Assembly: GCA_022763105.1 (NCBI GenBank)
Contig: JALEGK010000022.1
Span: 1,198-65,197 of the forward strand
Source of the DNA: Rickettsiales bacterium
GTDB taxonomy: Bacteria; Pseudomonadota; Alphaproteobacteria; Rickettsiales; UBA3002
DNA length: 64,000 bases
Direction: 5' to 3'
This document shows, piece by piece, positions 37,258 to 46,266 of this stretch (its first letter is position 1; every line of letters starts with the position of its first letter). The notes under the pieces were generated by a model, which saw nothing but the letters and a program-made list of their open reading frames with translations, was not told where the DNA came from and did no database searches. The position numbers and the translations under genes are program-made.

Positions 37258-37467
37258 GATCGCCCTATTTCCTAATATTTATTAATGAGGTGCGATGGTT
37301 AGCACAGCTTTTGATCTGTCGCGAGAAAAAAATGCGTTAAAACCGCTTGTATTTGTACAGTTAGTGCACGTCAAGGGGGCGTTATTTTATGAAATCTTAA
37401 CTTTATTAATCTTTCAAAAGCGTATAATAGACTCAGCTCGGATAAGCAAAAATATTAGGAGTATGCT

Positions 37468-38415
37468 ATGACCCTATCACTCAGCGTCGATCAAGCGACT
37501 GAAATTGAAGAAACAAACATTGTAACTATCGATGGTTCAGAGATCACGACAGATGGCGATTTGTTTGATTTTGCAGCGCGCGAAGTAATTTTCTTACATT
37601 TAACTGGCACCAGCGGTAACGACACGATTACCGGAACGAGTGCTGCAGAAGAGATCATTGGCGGCAATGGCTCGGACAATATTACTGGCGGCGATGGTAA
37701 CGATACCATTTATGGCGGCGATGGTATTGTCGATGCAGATGATTCAGCCGATACGATTGCGGGTGATAATGGTGCGGACTTTATTGTCGGTAATACAGGC
37801 GATGATGTGCTGTATGGCGGTGTTGGCGTGGCCGATTCTGAGGCTAGCAGTGACACGATTTATGGTGGTTATGGCCGCGATGCGATTTACGGTAATGCGG
37901 GTGATGATTCACTTTATGGCGGCGGTGCTGCTGCTGATCCTAACGATCTAGGTGATACCATTGCAGGCGGTAAGGGCGCCGATTACATTATCTCAAACGG
38001 TGGTAATGATGTGATTTATGGTGGTGGCGCTGCTGCTGATCCTGGTGATGGCAATGATACGATCTTTGCCGGTGTGGGCGATGATGTGGTGTATGGCAAT
38101 GGTGGTAATGATGTGATTTACGGTCTTGCTGGTAACGATCAGCTGCATGGCGGTATTGGTGATGATATTTACGTCTTCCTTGGTAGTGATGGCATTGATG
38201 TAATCAACTTCTTTGAAGGCGCTGGTTCTGCTGGCGGTGATGTGATTCAACTGAGATCGAATATCAATGGTTCGGGCATTACCACGGCACAGCAAGCAGT
38301 GGATGCGATTACCTATTCGGGTAATGGTTCGGCAGTCTTGTTGCTGGGTGGGTCAAATATTCTGACGATTGAAAGCCCCGGCACGATGAGTGCGGACGAT
38401 TTCCAGATTATCTAA
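37468..38415 (+). CDS. RTX (hemolysin-type calcium-binding repeat) protein
   Basis: More than ten GGxGxDxUx nonapeptides (GGNGSDNITGGDGNDTIYGGDG..., GNGGNDVIYGLAGNDQLHGGIGDD). No N-terminal signal peptide; the C-terminal tail of about 70 aa is non-repetitive. Confidence 0.9.
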   Translation: MTLSLSVDQATEIEETNIVTIDGSEITTDGDLFDFAAREVIFLHLTGTSGNDTITGTSAAEEIIGGNGSDNITGGDGNDTIYGGDGIVDADDSADTIAGDNGADFIVGNTGDDVLYGGVGVADSEASSDTIYGGYGRDAIYGNAGDDSLYGGGAAADPNDLGDTIAGGKGADYIISNGGNDVIYGGGAAADPGDGNDTIFAGVGDDVVYGNGGNDVIYGLAGNDQLHGGIGDDIYVFLGSDGIDVINFFEGAGSAGGDVIQLRSNINGSGITTAQQAVDAITYSGNGSAVLLLGGSNILTIESPGTMSADDFQII

Positions 38416-38430
38416 TTATTGTAATCTTAT

Positions 38431-39342
38431 CTAACCGATAATTTCTGACGGATTCATTGCGGCGCGCGTTTTCGCGCGTCTGCTTTCGCGTGCAGACATG
38501 TAGGCATTGAATAAGGTGCCCGCAATGATCACGATGGCGCCAACCACGGTGAGCGGTTCAATGACTTCGTCAAAGAAGAAATACGCGATGACCGCGATGA
38601 AGATCAATTGCACGAAATTCAGCGGAATCACGGTGGTGTACGGTACTTTGGAAAGCGATTCGGCAACAGCCAGCTGTTGCGAATATGCTAGCAGCCCGAT
38701 AATTGCCAGCCACATCCAGTCAATCGCCTCTGGTGCAACCCAGTGGTACAGGCCAAACGGTATCGAGATGGCTGTCGTCATCAGCAGCATGAAAAAGGCG
38801 ATTTTGTTGCTGGTTTCCGTGCGCGTTAGGAATTTGATGATATTGCCACAAGAAGCAAACCCAAGCGCTGCTAACAGCGCAAATACGATGCCTTCATTAA
38901 CGCCCTCTATACCCGGACGAGTAATGATAAGTACCCCTAAAAAGCCTGATCCGATACAGACATATGCATAGAGGTTTGGGCGTTCCTTTAGCACTAAAAT
39001 GGCAATGATGGTGCCAAATATTGGCGCACAGAAGAGCAAGGAAGTATGCATGGATAGCGGGATGAGCGTGAGCGCGTAGAAGGATAGTGAGAAGGAGACA
39101 AATTCCAACACGGCGCGTGCGGAATATAACCCCCATCTGGTGGTGTTAAACGCTTCTTTTAAGCCCTTGCGATAGAGCCAGGGTATCATGCAGACCAGTG
39201 CGAAGGCATTGTAGCACAACACAATTTGAAACGTATGAAAGCTAACAGAGATGTGGCGCACAATACCAATGATAATGGCGGCACTTAACAGCACATAAAT
39301 AAATAGTAGGATGGCCTGCACCGTATCGGATAAGAATTTCAT
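38431..39342 (-). CDS. DMT superfamily (EamA-like) transporter
   Basis: 303 aa with about 10 TM helices in two EamA-like halves. Confidence 0.75.
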   Translation of the reverse strand: MKFLSDTVQAILLFIYVLLSAAIIIGIVRHISVSFHTFQIVLCYNAFALVCMIPWLYRKGLKEAFNTTRWGLYSARAVLEFVSFSLSFYALTLIPLSMHTSLLFCAPIFGTIIAILVLKERPNLYAYVCIGSGFLGVLIITRPGIEGVNEGIVFALLAALGFASCGNIIKFLTRTETSNKIAFFMLLMTTAISIPFGLYHWVAPEAIDWMWLAIIGLLAYSQQLAVAESLSKVPYTTVIPLNFVQLIFIAVIAYFFFDEVIEPLTVVGAIVIIAGTLFNAYMSARESRRAKTRAAMNPSEIIG

Positions 39343-40124
39343 TAGATGACAAACTGCTCTTTGATGATGCGTTCTTCCAGATTATGCTCTGGATCGAACA
39401 GCAGGGATAGTTTGATGGAGCGCTCTTCGTCGATGGAGACACTGACGACATCGCGGATTTCGGTGAAATCGGCCACGGCACTGACAGGGCGTTTTTCTGG
39501 CTCCATGACTTCCATGATGATGCTTGCGGTATGGTGAAGCTGCGCACCTTTCCAGCGGCGAGGGCGGAAGGCTCCCATAGGAGTAAGGGCGAGCAGATTG
39601 CCCGATAGTGGGATGATAGGGCCACCTACCGAGAAGTTATGCGCGGTACTACCTGCTGGCGTAGAAATTAGCACGCCGTCACAGATCAGTTCGTTTAGGC
39701 GGACGACATGGTCGACGCTGATTCGGATTTTAGCTGCTTGTCGGCTCTCGCGGAACAAGGACACTTCGTTGATTGCTAGCTGGTGCTTTTCTTTGCCGTC
39801 AATGGTGCGGGCATACATAGAAAGCGGATGCAGAATATTGGTGCGCGCTTCTTGGATGCGCTCAATGAGGCGATCAGGCGAATAACTATTCATCAAAAAG
39901 CCGACTGTGCCACAATTCATCCCGTAGATAGGGATGTGGCGGTGCATATATTGGTGTAGCGTTTGTAGCATGAATCCGTCACCACCCAATGCGACGATCA
40001 CGTCGGGGCGGGCGCGTTTACGGCTCATATCCAAGAATGTGTAGCGTTCGCTCAGTTCTTTCAGGGCCTCTTGGGCCTTTGGTGACTCGTCTGCTAAACA
40101 GCCTATTTGTAAATTTTTATCCAT
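39342..40124 (-). CDS. nadK: NAD kinase
   Basis: [13 protein letters not shown] (GGDG motif), [24 protein letters not shown]. Confidence 0.93.
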   Translation of the reverse strand: MDKNLQIGCLADESPKAQEALKELSERYTFLDMSRKRARPDVIVALGGDGFMLQTLHQYMHRHIPIYGMNCGTVGFLMNSYSPDRLIERIQEARTNILHPLSMYARTIDGKEKHQLAINEVSLFRESRQAAKIRISVDHVVRLNELICDGVLISTPAGSTAHNFSVGGPIIPLSGNLLALTPMGAFRPRRWKGAQLHHTASIIMEVMEPEKRPVSAVADFTEIRDVVSVSIDEERSIKLSLLFDPEHNLEERIIKEQFVI

Positions 40125-40171
40125 GCGATTATGGTCTTAAATAATTAACGCTCACTGATTATTAGCAGGTT

Positions 40172-41017
40172 ATGAACGCAATACAACATCAAGCAGCGCG
40201 GCGGGGAGAAAATTTTCCAGTAGCCTCCTATTTATTGCCGGCTCATGCACGCATGCCGGTCTTGGCCTTTTATGATTTTGCGCGCGGCGCAGATGATATT
40301 GCCGACGCACCCAATGTTAGTGCAGGGGATCGCAGGTCAGGACTGTTAAGGATGGTTAGTGCGTTGAAAGAACGCACCTATCAGGAATTGCCGCCTTGGG
40401 CGGTCGCCTATGGGGAATGTACAAAGCAGGGCGTGATTGCCCCGCAATTCGGCATCGATCTGCTACAGGCATTTTTGCTGGATACCGAGAAAAGCCGCTA
40501 TGATGATTTAGAAGAATTGCTCGATTACTGCCGCTACTCGGCGAATCCGGTTGGGCGTATGGTGCTGCAAGTATGCGGTGAAGAGCGTGCGGACTTGGTG
40601 GCGTCTGACGCGATTTGTACCGTGTTGCAATTGCTGAACCATATTCAGGATATGGGTAAGGATGCGCGAGAGCTGGACCGCATTTATATCCCTCAGTTAT
40701 GGCTGGCCGAGCAATCACTTGGCGATGATGCCTTGCTGCAACCACGTATGAGCACGCCGCTCAGGGTGGTGGTGGATCAGCTGCTTGATGTGTGTGATGA
40801 TCTGTTAATCGTTGGAGAAAAGTTACCTGCAACGATTCGTGATCGGCGTGTGCGTGCAGAGATTTGTATCATTTTAATGATCGCAGGTGCGCTTTGTAAA
40901 AAGCTCAGAAAACGTGACCCGCTTCGCCATCGAGTTGGTTTATCAAAGCTGTCACTTCTCATAGCGGCGATAAAAGGGGTTGGCTTAAGCCTCAGATCGC
41001 GTAGAACATCTGTATGA
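40172..41017 (+). CDS. hpnC: Squalene/phytoene synthase family protein, HpnC-type (hydroxysqualene synthase)
   Basis: GENFPVASYLLP..FYDFARGADDIAD, NPVGRMVL, LQLLNHIQDMGKD. Has an ATGA overlap with hpnD. Confidence 0.8.
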   Translation: MNAIQHQAARRGENFPVASYLLPAHARMPVLAFYDFARGADDIADAPNVSAGDRRSGLLRMVSALKERTYQELPPWAVAYGECTKQGVIAPQFGIDLLQAFLLDTEKSRYDDLEELLDYCRYSANPVGRMVLQVCGEERADLVASDAICTVLQLLNHIQDMGKDARELDRIYIPQLWLAEQSLGDDALLQPRMSTPLRVVVDQLLDVCDDLLIVGEKLPATIRDRRVRAEICIILMIAGALCKKLRKRDPLRHRVGLSKLSLLIAAIKGVGLSLRSRRTSV

Positions 41018-41823
41018 GTGAATCCAAACGCAGCAATTTTTATTGGCCGATGCAATGCATGGCAAAGCCTCGTAGAGATGCGATGATGGCGCTATATGCC
41101 TTTTGTCGGGCGGTTGATGATATTGCCGATGGTGAAAGTGTGACAAAGCTCGAGACATTGCAGCAATGGCAGGATTGGATTGATTCGATTTATGAAGGGC
41201 GAGCGGTTACCGAACTGGTGCCTAATTTGGCTAAAGCCATCGCCGAATATGATCTCGATAAGGTTTATTTCTTAGGCATTATTGAAGGAATGCGCATGGA
41301 TGCGAATGGCCCGGTGGTGATGCCGGATTATGAGACATTGCAGCGCTATTGTTATTGTGTGGCTGGGTGTGTGGGCCAGTTGACTGTGCAGATTTTAGGA
41401 TGTCGCGATGAGTCGCATCGCCGATTAGCAACCGAGCTTGGGCACGCATTACAACTAACCAATATTTTACGAGATGTAGAAGCAGATGCGCGCATGGGTC
41501 GCGTCTATCTGGCGAAGCCTTGGTTTGAAGAGGTGAAATTAGAGGCGCTGGATGCAGCGGCGATCGTGCAGGACCCCTCTTGTGTGGCTGATGTGTGCGC
41601 GATTGGCGCGATGCATGCGCAGCTTCATTATGACAAAGCGAATCACATTATTAAGCAAAGCTCACAATCGGCACTATTGCCTGCGTTACTCATGAGAGAT
41701 GTGTATTTTCGATTATTCACCAAGATGCGCAAAGATAAATGGCGCCGTGCTACGCGCTATGAGCTATCGGGAATGGATGCGTTTTTGCAGTTATGCAAAG
41801 CGCCGCGCTATTTAGTGGCTTAA
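41014..41823 (+). CDS. hpnD: Squalene/phytoene synthase family protein, HpnD-type (presqualene diphosphate synthase)
   Basis: SNFYWPM..RRDAMMALYAFCRAVDDIAD, YCYCVAGCVG, LQLTNILRDVEADARMGRVYL. Confidence 0.8.
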   Translation: MSESKRSNFYWPMQCMAKPRRDAMMALYAFCRAVDDIADGESVTKLETLQQWQDWIDSIYEGRAVTELVPNLAKAIAEYDLDKVYFLGIIEGMRMDANGPVVMPDYETLQRYCYCVAGCVGQLTVQILGCRDESHRRLATELGHALQLTNILRDVEADARMGRVYLAKPWFEEVKLEALDAAAIVQDPSCVADVCAIGAMHAQLHYDKANHIIKQSSQSALLPALLMRDVYFRLFTKMRKDKWRRATRYELSGMDAFLQLCKAPRYLVA

Positions 41824-41825
41824 AT

Positions 41826-42965
41826 TTAATTTGAAACGGCCTGGCGGATCAGCGCGATGACATACGGCAAATTGTCGATGTCTTTATCTTTTGAACGCTC
41901 TAGCACCATATTCACTAGCTCATTCGCATATTGCATATTGCCCGGCTCTTTATTGTCGTCTTGCATCGATTTAACCGACATCAATACCATGCGCACCGCA
42001 TCAAACATGCTGTCAGGTAGCTGCGTTTTGCCATAAAGCGCCTTGAAGCCCAGCGGGCCTTTATCGTGAATGAGTTTGCGTGCATTAGAGCGTGGAATAC
42101 CCGCCAGACGCGCTAGCGAGATTTCGAAGAAGCTTAAATGGCCGCGGCATAAAGCGGATAGAATGATGGATGGGCTGAGGCGGCCAGAGTTGATCATTTG
42201 AATGACGGTGCGATCAATTTCTTCATCGGGCTGATTGTAATTCAGGAATTCTAGCGTGATGGCTTCGCGCGCCTGATCCATAGCAGCGGAAGAGATTTTG
42301 TATTTCTCTTTCAGCTTATCTGCCATGGTATCAGAGACGTAATTCACTAACTTCTCAACGACATTGGCGGGAACAGCATTACGCTCAGACATGGCCGATG
42401 TAATATTCTCGCGATCAGAAAATTCTTCTAAGATTTGCTCGTACGTATTTTCAGCAATCTCAGCACCTTCATTTTTTAGCAAGGTTTCAACGACTTCTTC
42501 ATATTGAGAATCAACCAATGCTTCAGACACACGGCTGGAGACGGCGCCGCGCTCAGAAATTTTCACGAGCTTATTTACTTCGCGTGTGCTCTCGACGATA
42601 GAGACCAAATCATTGTCGCTGAGTACGTCGGATGCTTCTAGCACCGGCAAGGCAACACTCTCTACGTCTTTGGCTAAATGGAGCATGATATCGCGCGGGA
42701 CATCGTGATTGTCTTTGAGCTCTTGGCTGAGCACCTCGCGTACACGTTCTTCCGCATCTTTCATCATCAAACGAAAGATTTGTTCAGCGAAAATAAATTC
42801 TTTTTCCTGGAAAGAGCCGTCTTTGTATTTGTCAGCGATTTTACCCAAAACATTGATGCGCGAATCCGTTGACGAATCCTGCATGAGTCGCTCTACATCA
42901 GATTTAGATAATTCTTCCTTAGGCTGACCGTCCTGATCAGTGGAACCCGTCGACATCTGCCACAC
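41826..42965 (-). CDS. DUF2336-like helical-repeat protein (paralog B)
   Basis: 379 aa, all-helical, homologous over its full length to the upstream ORF (for example RVREVLSQELKD / RVRKTLAETLKD and LCRGHLSFFE / LCMGDLRFFE). The family assignment is from memory. Confidence 0.6.
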   Translation of the reverse strand: MWQMSTGSTDQDGQPKEELSKSDVERLMQDSSTDSRINVLGKIADKYKDGSFQEKEFIFAEQIFRLMMKDAEERVREVLSQELKDNHDVPRDIMLHLAKDVESVALPVLEASDVLSDNDLVSIVESTREVNKLVKISERGAVSSRVSEALVDSQYEEVVETLLKNEGAEIAENTYEQILEEFSDRENITSAMSERNAVPANVVEKLVNYVSDTMADKLKEKYKISSAAMDQAREAITLEFLNYNQPDEEIDRTVIQMINSGRLSPSIILSALCRGHLSFFEISLARLAGIPRSNARKLIHDKGPLGFKALYGKTQLPDSMFDAVRMVLMSVKSMQDDNKEPGNMQYANELVNMVLERSKDKDIDNLPYVIALIRQAVSN

Positions 42966-44058
42966 TCCTGCCCATCATAGAGAGTAAATATGACATATTA
43001 ACAACTGACTTGTCATGTCCTTCTTCATGAATGCGGGTAACTAGGCGAACAGAAAGTTCTTCCGTGTCAAAATCCCCACGGCTTTGCTCATCTTGCATGA
43101 GATTGTAAAGAATTCGAACAGGGTCGCGGTAGCGCTTAGGCATGCCGGATTTATTGTATAGCGCATCGAAGCCTTTATCACCGATATCGCTGAGTAGAAT
43201 ATGCGCATTTTCAGTAGGAATACCTACGCGCTTTGCCATTGCGGTCTCAAAGAAGCGCAGATCACCCATGCACAGCGCGCGCATGATAAGGCTGTGGGTT
43301 AGCCGGCTGTTTTTATGCATATGCTCGACAAGCTCAATCAGATCTGACTCGCTCATCCAAGGGGATAAAAACTTTAGCATAGATGCTTCGCGTGCATCTT
43401 CGAGTTTTTGATCGATCTGCTTCCAAGTGAAGCGGTATTTTTTCGTCAGTTGCTTGCGCAAATTGCTGCTGACCATAACAAATAGCTGCTCTGAATAAGC
43501 ATATGGCAGGCCGCCGCGATAGACCATATCTTCCAGCACCGAGCTGTGATTATTGAAGTGCGTCAAGATTGACGCATAGCATTCATCATCAAGCTGTGAG
43601 GTCTCGTTGTTAATGAGTGCCTTTGCCACGCTTGGCTCGCGCTTATCAATCAGTGTTTTAGATACGGGCGTTGAGACATAGCGACGTGATGCGACTGCAA
43701 CCAGTTTAACGATATTCTCTGTCGCTTCGCACAGTTGAATCAATTCGTCATCGTCAAGCACGGGTGAATATTCTAGCACGAGCGAGCTAATCTCACTTGC
43801 GTCATCAGCTAGGCTTGAAATCACATCATGCGGTGCATCTGGGCAGTCTTTTAGGGTTTCTGCCAGCGTTTTTCTCACGCGGATTTCGGTATCTTTAAGC
43901 AGAAGTTTGAAGATGTCTTCAGCGACTTCTTTTTCGCGTTGAGTGAAGCGGCGTGACTGATAATCTAGGCACATTTTTTCCGCAATCGCACAGCGAATAT
44001 CTGCCGATGGCTCATGTATTAGGCGAGAAATATCTGCCTGAGTCAGAGAAAATGTCAT
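42937..44058 (-). CDS. DUF2336-like helical-repeat protein (paralog A)
   Basis: 373 aa. Its 3' end overlaps the paralog B start by 29 nt. Confidence 0.6.
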   Translation of the reverse strand: MTFSLTQADISRLIHEPSADIRCAIAEKMCLDYQSRRFTQREKEVAEDIFKLLLKDTEIRVRKTLAETLKDCPDAPHDVISSLADDASEISSLVLEYSPVLDDDELIQLCEATENIVKLVAVASRRYVSTPVSKTLIDKREPSVAKALINNETSQLDDECYASILTHFNNHSSVLEDMVYRGGLPYAYSEQLFVMVSSNLRKQLTKKYRFTWKQIDQKLEDAREASMLKFLSPWMSESDLIELVEHMHKNSRLTHSLIMRALCMGDLRFFETAMAKRVGIPTENAHILLSDIGDKGFDALYNKSGMPKRYRDPVRILYNLMQDEQSRGDFDTEELSVRLVTRIHEEGHDKSVVNMSYLLSMMGRSVADVDGFH

Positions 44059-44114
44059 GATTAGCTGCCGCCCATTTGTTTTATCGTTATTATGTTAATT
44101 TTGTCAGTTATTTG

Positions 44115-44129
44115 TTAAGTATTCGTTAA
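44115..44129. promoter_or_regulatory. Perfect TTAA-N7-TTAA (CtrA-type box) in the divergent DUF2336 / hisE spacer
   Basis: TTAA(44115-44118) gtattcg TTAA(44126-44129). A further GTTAA copy lies 5 nt downstream. Confidence 0.3.
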
Positions 44130-44229
44130 AAATGTTAATGAAATTTGATGTAAATTTATCCGGTATTTGCGCTAGATAATTATCTGATCATGCTTTACAA
44201 GAATTGCTCATTATTTTTCAGGAGTATAC

Positions 44230-44556
44230 ATGGCTAAGAACACGCTAGAAAATCTGCAAAAGACGATCACAGAACGTAAAAAAAATGGTGATGCAGCCTC
44301 ATCCTATGTCGCTAAACTCTTCAAAAAGGGCAAAAAAAAGATGGCCCAAAAGGTGGTTGAAGAAGCAGGCGAGGTGGCGGTTGCCGCCCTTGCTGAGGGG
44401 CCGGATGAGCTAAAGTCTGAAGCGGCCGACCTGCTATTTCACCTCATGGTGCTTTTGAGCGACTCAAATATTTCTGTGTCTGAAGTGTTGGATGAGCTGC
44501 AAAGCCGTGAAGGAATTTCGGGGATTTCTGAGAAGCAAAATAGGAATAATGACTAA
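44230..44556 (+). CDS. hisE: Phosphoribosyl-ATP pyrophosphohydrolase
   Basis: SYVAKLFKKG..KVVEEAGEVAVAA..EAADLLFHLMVLL. Confidence 0.9.
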   Translation: MAKNTLENLQKTITERKKNGDAASSYVAKLFKKGKKKMAQKVVEEAGEVAVAALAEGPDELKSEAADLLFHLMVLLSDSNISVSEVLDELQSREGISGISEKQNRNND

Positions 44557-44590
44557 CCAAACGCGGTTTTAGCCAAATTAGAGAGGGAAT

Positions 44591-44965
44591 ATGGCCTACG
44601 ATTCGAATAATATTTTTGCCAAGATTATCTCAGGTGAAGTGCCAACCCGCATTTTATACGATGATGAGGTGGCGCTGGCCTTCAACGATATTTCTCCAGC
44701 AGCCGATATTCATGTATTGGTGGTGCCGAAGGGCGAATATGAGTCCTTTGATGATTTTGCCCGAATTGCAGGTGCGGATGTAGTCGCAAAATTTTTCCAG
44801 GCGGTGCAAAAGGTGGCTGAACAGTTGGGCGTAACCAAGACAGGTTATCGTCTGATCACTAATCATGGACAAGATGCCCACCAGACCGTGCCGCATTTTC
44901 ATGTCCATATTCTGGGTGGTAAGCCGCTCGGGCCGCTAGTCGCTGGTGATGCCTTGGAGCGCTAG
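44591..44965 (+). CDS. HIT-family (histidine triad) nucleotide hydrolase
   Basis: NIFAKIISGEVP and the histidine triad VPHFHVHILGG. Confidence 0.9.
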   Translation: MAYDSNNIFAKIISGEVPTRILYDDEVALAFNDISPAADIHVLVVPKGEYESFDDFARIAGADVVAKFFQAVQKVAEQLGVTKTGYRLITNHGQDAHQTVPHFHVHILGGKPLGPLVAGDALER

Positions 44966-45517
44966 GGCGTTTTTCGTCTCATAAAGTGGTAGCCCGACAA
45001 TGGCGCTGTGTGAGCCGCGCATAAAGGATATTAGCGCTTGTGCTGCGCCCTGAATCGCGTAGCCGCCTGCTTTACCTTCCCATTCACCGGTTGAGATATA
45101 CCAATCGATATCGTCTTGGCTGAGCCGTTTGAATTGCACGATCGAATCGAGGGTGCGCGAATAGACTAGTTTTTGATTCTGACATAAGCACAGATGGGTC
45201 AGCACATGGTGGCGGCGACCTGACATACGCTTAAGGCAAGCACGTGCCTCGTTCTCGTCTTCGGCTTTGGGTAGAATATCGCGGCTAAAGGCGACGGTGG
45301 TATCGGCAGATAGAATCAGCGCATTGGCATGTTGGTTGCTGACATGCAGCGCTTTGCTTTCTGCGATACGTTTAACATAATGGCGTGGCAGCTCGCCTTT
45401 GCGTGGCGTTTCATCAATATCGGCGGGAATAATATCATCTGGAGTGATGCCGATTTGTTTAAGCAAAGCCAATCGACGAGGTGAGGCAGATGCTAAAATG
45501 AAGCGGGGCCGGGACAT
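44936..45517 (-). CDS. maf: Maf-like nucleoside triphosphate pyrophosphatase
   Basis: ILASASPRRLALLKQIGI, SADTTV, GKAGGYAIQG. Confidence 0.9.
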   Translation of the reverse strand: MSRPRFILASASPRRLALLKQIGITPDDIIPADIDETPRKGELPRHYVKRIAESKALHVSNQHANALILSADTTVAFSRDILPKAEDENEARACLKRMSGRRHHVLTHLCLCQNQKLVYSRTLDSIVQFKRLSQDDIDWYISTGEWEGKAGGYAIQGAAQALISFMRGSHSAIVGLPLYETKNALALQGITSD

Positions 45518-45521
45518 GGGC

Positions 45522-45740
45522 CTATTTGTGGCGGAACTTAATCCGTCCTTTGGTGAGATCGTATGGAGTCATCTCAACAGTGACTTTATCACCCGCAAGC
45601 ACACGGATACGGTTCTTGCGCATTTTGCCTGAGGTATGCGCCAGCACTTCATGTCCGTTCTCTAGCGTTACACGGAACATTGCGTTGGGAAGCAGTTCCT
45701 CGACAACACCTTCGAATTCAAGCAGATCTTCTTTAGCCAT
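45522..45740 (-). CDS. infA: Translation initiation factor IF-1
   Basis: [53 protein letters not shown]. Confidence 0.97.
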   Translation of the reverse strand: MAKEDLLEFEGVVEELLPNAMFRVTLENGHEVLAHTSGKMRKNRIRVLAGDKVTVEMTPYDLTKGRIKFRHK

Positions 45741-45745
45741 TTAAA

Positions 45746-46228
45746 TTACCTAATATGTAAAACACAGATCAGGGTAAATAGCCGTCTTGCGGTATCAAAA
45801 TCAAGGGTTATTCTTCCATCAAGTTGATTTTGTAGCAATTCAGAGCCTTCATTGTGGACGCCACGGCGTGCCATATCAATGGCTTCAACGCGGTGTGGCT
45901 CCCCTCCATTAACGGCGGCGAGGTAGCTCTCAACCATGATGAAATAATCTTTTACAATGCCTTTAAAGGGCTTGATCGGCAGAATCACATCACGTGCTTC
46001 GGTTAAAGTGTCCGAGGTGATGCGAATGAGCAAGCTATTGTCTTTAATGCTCAAATAGACCTCGTAAGGGCCTTCTTGGACGCAATGGGGTTTGAAGTGA
46101 TTGCGTGCCAGCAAATCGGCAATAGCGGTTGCCCGCTCGCGCTCCACTTCCTCGGAGCGGCGGATAATACTGCCTTCATCTAACGTGATGCTGGCGATAC
46201 ATTCGCGCGTTTTAGTTTCTACGTTCAT
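45746..46228 (-). CDS. UPF0262-family protein
   Basis: EAIDMARRGVHNEGSELL...DFDTARRLFTLICVLH. It sits between hisD and infA, the family's usual position in Alphaproteobacteria. Confidence 0.8.
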   Translation of the reverse strand: MNVETKTRECIASITLDEGSIIRRSEEVERERATAIADLLARNHFKPHCVQEGPYEVYLSIKDNSLLIRITSDTLTEARDVILPIKPFKGIVKDYFIMVESYLAAVNGGEPHRVEAIDMARRGVHNEGSELLQNQLDGRITLDFDTARRLFTLICVLHIR

Positions 46229-46266
46229 ATTCCCACTATAACGGAATATGTTGCAGTGCGGTAGGA

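Noticed and set aside
37600-38200. Periodic DNA repeats that could be mistaken for a CRISPR array or tandem repeat
   Set aside because: The periodicity is the 27-nt (nonapeptide) RTX repeat inside one continuous ORF. There are no spacer-like unique segments.
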